NCBI GenBank assembly: GCA_036574205.1
Contig: JAINCQ010000018.1
Coordinates: 1 to 64,000 of the forward strand
From: Elusimicrobiota bacterium
GTDB taxonomy: Bacteria > Elusimicrobiota > Elusimicrobia > Elusimicrobiales > UBA9959
Direction of reading: 5' to 3'
Length of the DNA: 64,000 bases
Part shown: positions 59,117 through 64,000 of the stretch, one piece after another
How positions within the stretch are numbered: position 1 is the first letter of the stretch
Layout: each line of letters starts with the position of its first letter
Notes under the pieces: generated by a model
Seen by the model: only the letters and a program-made list of their open reading frames with translations
What the model was told of the DNA's origin: nothing
Databases searched by the model: none
Position numbers and translations under genes: made by a program

Positions 59117-60736
59117 TCAATACATATCGGCCCCGGCTGGCATTGCTGGAGTCTTTTCCTTTTTCTCAGGTAACTCCGCCACAAACGCGCCGCTTGTAAG
59201 AAGCGTTGAAGCTATTGAAGCTGCATTTTCAAGGGCGGTTCTTGTTACCTTGCAAGGATCGACTATTCCGTGTTTTATCACATCAACATATTCTAATTTT
59301 TCCGCATCAAAGCCTATCTCGTGGGATGAATTTTTTATTTTCTCAACCACTATAGATGGATCGACGCCAGAATTTTCAGCAATGGTTTTTAGAGGAGCAT
59401 ATACCGCTTTCCTTACTATATTTATTCCTATTTTTTCATCCTCGTCTTCAGTTTTTATGGAGTCAAGAACTTTTACTGCTCTTACCAGAGCAACTCCGCC
59501 TCCAGGAAGAATTCCTTCCTGAACCCCGGCTTTTGTTGCATTTTTGGCATCTTCTACTTTTGATTTTTTTGCCTTCATTTCAGTTTCAGTTGCTGCTCCA
59601 ACTCTTATTACGGCAACTCCTCCTGAAAGTTTGGCAAGCCTTTCTTCTAATTTTTCTTTGTCGTAATCGGATGTAGTTTCCTCTATTTGTTTTCTTATCT
59701 GATTGGTTCTGTCTTTTATTTTCTTTTTATCTCCTTCTCCATCAACTATTGTTGTATTTTCTTTGTCGATTACGATTCTTTTTGCTTTTCCAAGCTGATC
59801 TAAGGTTGTTTTTTCAAGTTTCATTCCTCTTTCTTCGCTTATTACCTCTCCACCGGTAAGTATTGCTATATCCTCAAGCATTTCTTTTCTTCTGTCTCCA
59901 AAGCCAGGGGCTTTTACAGCGCAACCTTTAAGGGTTCCTCTCAGTTTATTGACGACTAAAGTGGCAAGCGCTTCTCCTTCAACATCCTCAGCAATAATAA
60001 GGAATGGTCTTCCAGTCTGAACTATTTTTTCAAGCACTGGCAGAAGATCGTTCATCGCTGAAAGTTTTTTATCGGTTATGAGTATCATTGCATCTTCAAG
60101 AACGCATTCCATTCTCTCGGGATCGGTTATGAAGTAAGGAGATATATATCCCCTGTCAAACTGCATTCCCTCTACAACATCAAGCTCAGTTTCAGATGAT
60201 TTGCCTTCTTCAACAGTTATCACCCCTTCATGTCCGACCTTCTCCATAGCTTCTGCTATAAGATCTCCTATAACTCTATCATTTGCGGATATAGTTGCTA
60301 TCTGCGCTTTTTCTTCCCTGGTTTTGACTGGTTTTGCCATCTTTTTTAGTTCAGATACAATTGCGTTTACTGCTTTTTCTATACCTTTTTTTACATAAAC
60401 TGGATTTGCTCCGGCTGTGATATTTTTTATTCCTTCATTAAATATTGCCTGAGTAAGTATAGTAGCGGTGGTTGTTCCATCCCCAGCCACATCATTGGTT
60501 TTGGAAGCTGCTTCTCTAACAAGCTGCGCTCCCATATCCTCAAAATGATCTTCAAGCTCTATCTCTTTTGCTATCGTTACACCGTCGTCTATTATTGACG
60601 GAGAACCGAATTTTTTAGAAAGAACGACAGCTCTTCCCTTTGGTCCAAGGGTTACTTTTACTGTGTTAGAGAGCTTATCTACCCCCTGTTTTATTTTCAA
60701 TATTCCAGCTTCTGTGAATAGAATTTCTTTAGCCAT
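59117..60736 (-). CDS. groL: Chaperonin GroEL
   Basis: [34 protein letters not shown]. Confidence 0.99.
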   Translation of the reverse strand: MAKEILFTEAGILKIKQGVDKLSNTVKVTLGPKGRAVVLSKKFGSPSIIDDGVTIAKEIELEDHFEDMGAQLVREAASKTNDVAGDGTTTATILTQAIFNEGIKNITAGANPVYVKKGIEKAVNAIVSELKKMAKPVKTREEKAQIATISANDRVIGDLIAEAMEKVGHEGVITVEEGKSSETELDVVEGMQFDRGYISPYFITDPERMECVLEDAMILITDKKLSAMNDLLPVLEKIVQTGRPFLIIAEDVEGEALATLVVNKLRGTLKGCAVKAPGFGDRRKEMLEDIAILTGGEVISEERGMKLEKTTLDQLGKAKRIVIDKENTTIVDGEGDKKKIKDRTNQIRKQIEETTSDYDKEKLEERLAKLSGGVAVIRVGAATETEMKAKKSKVEDAKNATKAGVQEGILPGGGVALVRAVKVLDSIKTEDEDEKIGINIVRKAVYAPLKTIAENSGVDPSIVVEKIKNSSHEIGFDAEKLEYVDVIKHGIVDPCKVTRTALENAASIASTLLTSGAFVAELPEKKEKTPAMPAGADMY

Positions 60737-60745
60737 ATTTCCTCC

Positions 60746-61057
60746 TTATTCGTTAACTATTGCGAGAACATCCTCTTCTCTCATTATAAGATATTCCTCG
60801 TCATTAATTTTTATTTCGGTACCTGAGTATTTACCGTAAAGAACTTTATTCCCAACTTTGACTTCCATGGGAACAAGTTTTCCATCATCTGTAACTTTTC
60901 CTTTTCCTACCGCCATAACCTCTCCTTCCTGCGGTTTTTCCTTAGCGGTGTCCGGTATTATTATACCGCCCTTTTTAACCTCTTTTGGCTCAAGAGGTTT
61001 TATTATTATTCTATCCGCAAGAGGAGTTATATTTAGTTTTGTTTTTGTGTCTCCCAT
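60746..61057 (-). CDS. groS: Co-chaperonin GroES
   Basis: [32 protein letters not shown] before ATG at 61057. Confidence 0.97.
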   Translation of the reverse strand: MGDTKTKLNITPLADRIIIKPLEPKEVKKGGIIIPDTAKEKPQEGEVMAVGKGKVTDDGKLVPMEVKVGNKVLYGKYSGTEIKINDEEYLIMREEDVLAIVNE

Positions 61058-61074
61058 ACTTGCCTCCTTTATTT

Positions 61075-61154
61075 TTAGCAATTTTTATCTATAATTGCTA
61101 ATTTACAAAATTTTTAAACCCTTGTCAATAGCAAACTTAAATGTAGACTGCTAA
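61075..61154 (-). promoter_or_regulatory. groESL promoter flanked by two CIRCE (HrcA operator) variants
   Basis: TTAGCAATT-N9-AATTGCTAA (61075-61101); TTAGCAGTC-N9-GTTTGCTAT (61128-61154, minus); TTGACA (61123-61128) N17 TAAATT. Confidence 0.8.
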
Positions 61155-61160
61155 TTTTAA

Positions 61161-61769
61161 TTATGATTTTATTTTGAACACAAATTTTGTTATGCCGACT
61201 TCTATTTCATCGTTGTTTTTTAATTCCACAGGTTTTGTTATTGGAGAAGCATTTAAAATAACGTTTTCTGGATTTATAGGAATAAGAAAATATTTGTTTT
61301 CCCTTATAGATATAGCTGCCGCATAATCTGATATTGTAGAAAATTGATTTTTAGATTTTGCAGGTATGTGTGATCTTTGAGGATTGCCTATAAAAGTAGT
61401 AATTCTGTTAAGTTCAAATTTAGTCCTTTCATCATAAGGATTTAAAACTGCATTTATCTCAGCTTTTTTTATATTTATATCCAGAAATTTAACGTTTATA
61501 ATATATCCGCAGACTTTTATTTCGCATTTTTTTTCAACCGATATCTTTTTTATTTTTTTGTCCATAACAAAAGTCCCATTGGTTGAGTTCATATCCTCTA
61601 TTTCAAAGTTATGGGAGTTTCCTATTATTTTAAAATGTTTTGAAGAAACCGTATTATCGTTTATTATTATATCATTTGAATTGTCTCTTCCGACAAAAAT
61701 TTCATTTTTTGAAATCAAATATTCGGCTATTATATTTGAAGAATCTTTGAGTGATATATAAAAACTCAT
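61161..61769 (-). CDS. FHA-domain protein (two FHA-like domains)
   Basis: GR..VSSKH..DMNSTNGT; degenerate second FHA. Confidence 0.88.
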   Translation of the reverse strand: MSFYISLKDSSNIIAEYLISKNEIFVGRDNSNDIIINDNTVSSKHFKIIGNSHNFEIEDMNSTNGTFVMDKKIKKISVEKKCEIKVCGYIINVKFLDINIKKAEINAVLNPYDERTKFELNRITTFIGNPQRSHIPAKSKNQFSTISDYAAAISIRENKYFLIPINPENVILNASPITKPVELKNNDEIEVGITKFVFKIKS

Positions 61770-62566
61770 TTGACTATCTTTTTTATTTTATCTATGAAAT
61801 TTTCTTTTGCGACCTTTGCTATAACGACCGTTATATTATCTTCTCCGCCGTGTTTGTTTGCTGTTGTAATGAGGTTTGAGCAGATTATTGAGATATTATC
61901 TTGTGTTTTTTCTATTATTTCTGCAAATTCTTTGTCTTTAATCATTTTTGTTAAGCCATCGCTTGCAAGAATTATTATATCTCCTTCTCTAAATTTTTCT
62001 TCCAGTATAAAATAATCAGTAATATTATGTATTCCGAGAGCTTTCATTAGTACATTTCTAAAAGGTGAATTTTCCATTTCTTCTTTTGTTATAATACCTT
62101 TTTTATATTGATCCATAACATAAGAATGATCTTCCGTTAGCTGTATTATCTGTTGTTTGCGATAGAGATATGCCCTTGAATCCCCTATATGAACAATTGA
62201 TATTTTTGAATCATTAAAAACAGCAGCGGTCAATGTTGTTCCCATCCCCTTACATTCTTCATTTTGTTGTGATTGTTTAAATATTTCTATGTTGGCAAAA
62301 TCAAAAGCAGCTAATAATTGATTTGTTACAATTGAGTAATCATTGTTTATTATCTCTGGTTTTTTTGAAGCAAGAAATAATTCTTTAAATTTTTTATGTG
62401 ATAATTCTACTGCTAGCTTGCTTGCCATTTCTCCATTATTATGTCCCCCCATTCCATCAGCCACGGCAAAAAAATTTATTTCGGGATCAATGATATAATT
62501 ATCTTCGTTATGTTCTCTGACTTTTCCGCGATCAGTTTTACCACAAAAATCTATTTTATATTTCAT
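61766..62566 (-). CDS. PP2C-type Ser/Thr phosphatase (Stp1/PrpC family)
   Basis: REHNED, VADGMGGH, MGTT, HIGDSRAY, ASDGL, GGEDNIT. Confidence 0.95.
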   Translation of the reverse strand: MKYKIDFCGKTDRGKVREHNEDNYIIDPEINFFAVADGMGGHNNGEMASKLAVELSHKKFKELFLASKKPEIINNDYSIVTNQLLAAFDFANIEIFKQSQQNEECKGMGTTLTAAVFNDSKISIVHIGDSRAYLYRKQQIIQLTEDHSYVMDQYKKGIITKEEMENSPFRNVLMKALGIHNITDYFILEEKFREGDIIILASDGLTKMIKDKEFAEIIEKTQDNISIICSNLITTANKHGGEDNITVVIAKVAKENFIDKIKKIVK

Positions 62567-64000
62567 ATTCCTCTTTTTTAAAAATACCCCTTATAAAAAT
62601 GAAATTAAGTAAAATCCAAAAGATAAATATGGAAGGCATGGTATGGCGAATATATTTTTGGTAGAAAAGTAATAATGTTTCCTTAAAATATTTTTTAGAG
62701 ACTTCAAATCTAATTTTATTGATATCAGGCTCTTTAAGTTTAGCAATCTCAATTCTTATATTCTCTTTTATTTTTTCTTCTATATCATCATAAGTTTCTG
62801 AATTAGTTTCTATATTAGAAAGATTTAGATAAAATCTTTCACGTACCTCAAGAGCTATCTTTTCTTTTTCTTTTTTATATCTTGCAATTTCTTGTTCGTA
62901 TTGCTGTTTTGAGTTATTGTTTATATACCCATCTTTTGATGCTATGATCATATAAAATGCCAGAATTAAATAGATGAAAAATATGAGATTTTTTTTCATA
63001 ATAAAAATATGAGTTACTCCGTAAATTATAGCGGAGGAAATAGCAAGGTAAAAAATGCGAGAATTAATATCTATATTAAGAGTAAATGCTATTGTTTTCC
63101 AGAACATAAAAATAGATAAAAGAAGTAATAATATAGAAATAGTTTTTAATGTCATTGAATTTTGCTGGGTTGAAAGACTATGAGATGTTAAAACAATAGC
63201 GAAAGAGAGTATAAACATATTATCTTTTCCAAAGCGAATAGATTTTATTATATAGACTAATCTATCCATAAATCCTTGTATTTGAGGAGTATAATTTATT
63301 CCATTAAAAGCAATAGTAATAAAAGAAATAAAGAGTATGAAAAAATACAACAATGGATAAGTTATTTTCTCAGTTCTTAGGAAAAGATAGGCAAACAAAA
63401 TCCCAAGCGCCAGAAAAATCAGCGAGTATGGTTTTATGGTTATAGATTTTAAAATAGATAAATAACTTTCTGATGAATTTATTGTTGTAAATATAGTCAA
63501 AAATGCAAATGAAAACATACTATAAAATATATGGTGCACTGATTTAGTAAGTTTAAAAACAAATAGCGATTGAAGTTTTGGATGAATTGTCTTTTTCTGG
63601 GGTTCGCTTTTTAAGTTTTTTATTTCTTCATTTTTATCAGCTGAAACTGTTTCATTTTTTTTGATTTCTATTTCCCCTATAAAGCTTTCAGATTGAGTAG
63701 TTTTATTATTTTTTTGAACTGCCGTTTGATTTTTTGAGAGTTCATCAAGGTCATATTCAGATTCGGAAGATATTATAATATTCTCATAATTTTTACTTTT
63801 ATACTTTTCTATTTCCTCTCTCACCTCTTTTGCGCTTTGATATCTGTCATCTGGATTTTTTCTCATCAGTTTTTCTATTATCTTTACCGTCCATATTGGA
63901 AGATCTGGTTTTATAAGGTATAAATTTGGAATCGGGTCATTTATATGTTTGTTTATTACTTCTATTGAAGTTTTTCCGTCATAAGGATATTTGCCAGTAA
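62556..64000 (-). CDS. Hanks-type Ser/Thr kinase with multi-TM C-terminus; 5' truncated by window
   Basis: Frame open to the window end: TGKYPYDG..IIEKLMRKNPDDRYQSA (kinase subdomains IX-XI), then many TM segments. Confidence 0.85.
   Translation of the reverse strand, partial: TGKYPYDGKTSIEVINKHINDPIPNLYLIKPDLPIWTVKIIEKLMRKNPDDRYQSAKEVREEIEKYKSKNYENIIISSESEYDLDELSKNQTAVQKNNKTTQSESFIGEIEIKKNETVSADKNEEIKNLKSEPQKKTIHPKLQSLFVFKLTKSVHHIFYSMFSFAFLTIFTTINSSESYLSILKSITIKPYSLIFLALGILFAYLFLRTEKITYPLLYFFILFISFITIAFNGINYTPQIQGFMDRLVYIIKSIRFGKDNMFILSFAIVLTSHSLSTQQNSMTLKTISILLLLLSIFMFWKTIAFTLNIDINSRIFYLAISSAIIYGVTHIFIMKKNLIFFIYLILAFYMIIASKDGYINNNSKQQYEQEIARYKKEKEKIALEVRERFYLNLSNIETNSETYDDIEEKIKENIRIEIAKLKEPDINKIRFEVSKKYFKETLLLFYQKYIRHTMPSIFIFWILLNFIFIRGIFKKEEYEI

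Noticed and set aside
59037..59676. ORFs 59037..59522 and 59356..59676
   Set aside because: Antisense shadows of groEL; the first crosses the terminator

Overview
AT-rich bacterial chromosome segment. Gene content (PorV/PorQ-like and TraF-like beta-barrels, GspG-like exported protein) suggests Elusimicrobiota, which is an inference. Most of it is housekeeping: def-fmt-PASTA-rpe, rpsP-khpA-trmD-rplS-rnhB-yraN, nucleoside salvage, trxB, queD, maf, purE, sua5, exbBD-tonB, mtnA, groESL with two CIRCE sites, and a Ser/Thr kinase-PP2C-FHA operon. Unusual signals: (1) All three tRNA genes (His, Arg, Ser) carry the same non-coding, GC-rich, hairpin-rich ~146-bp element on their 3' side. Each unit repeats that tRNA's own 3' end from the T-loop onward and contains a segment complementary to that tRNA's T-arm. 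Stems show compensatory changes, distal units are more decayed, and a related ~123-bp element is nested in two of them. tRNA-Ser also has a different ~154-bp tandem repeat duplicating its 5' end. No mobilising enzyme is adjacent. (2) A PfaA-like ACP-KR-DH megasynthase whose visible ACP has Thr where the phosphopantetheine-accepting Ser is expected (DTVKQAE), followed by a PPTase and a carboxyltransferase. (3) A secreted MepA-like peptidase followed by two paralogous secreted proteins (candidate effector-immunity locus) behind a promoter with a homopolymer in its spacer. All product calls come from motif recognition by eye; no database searches were run.
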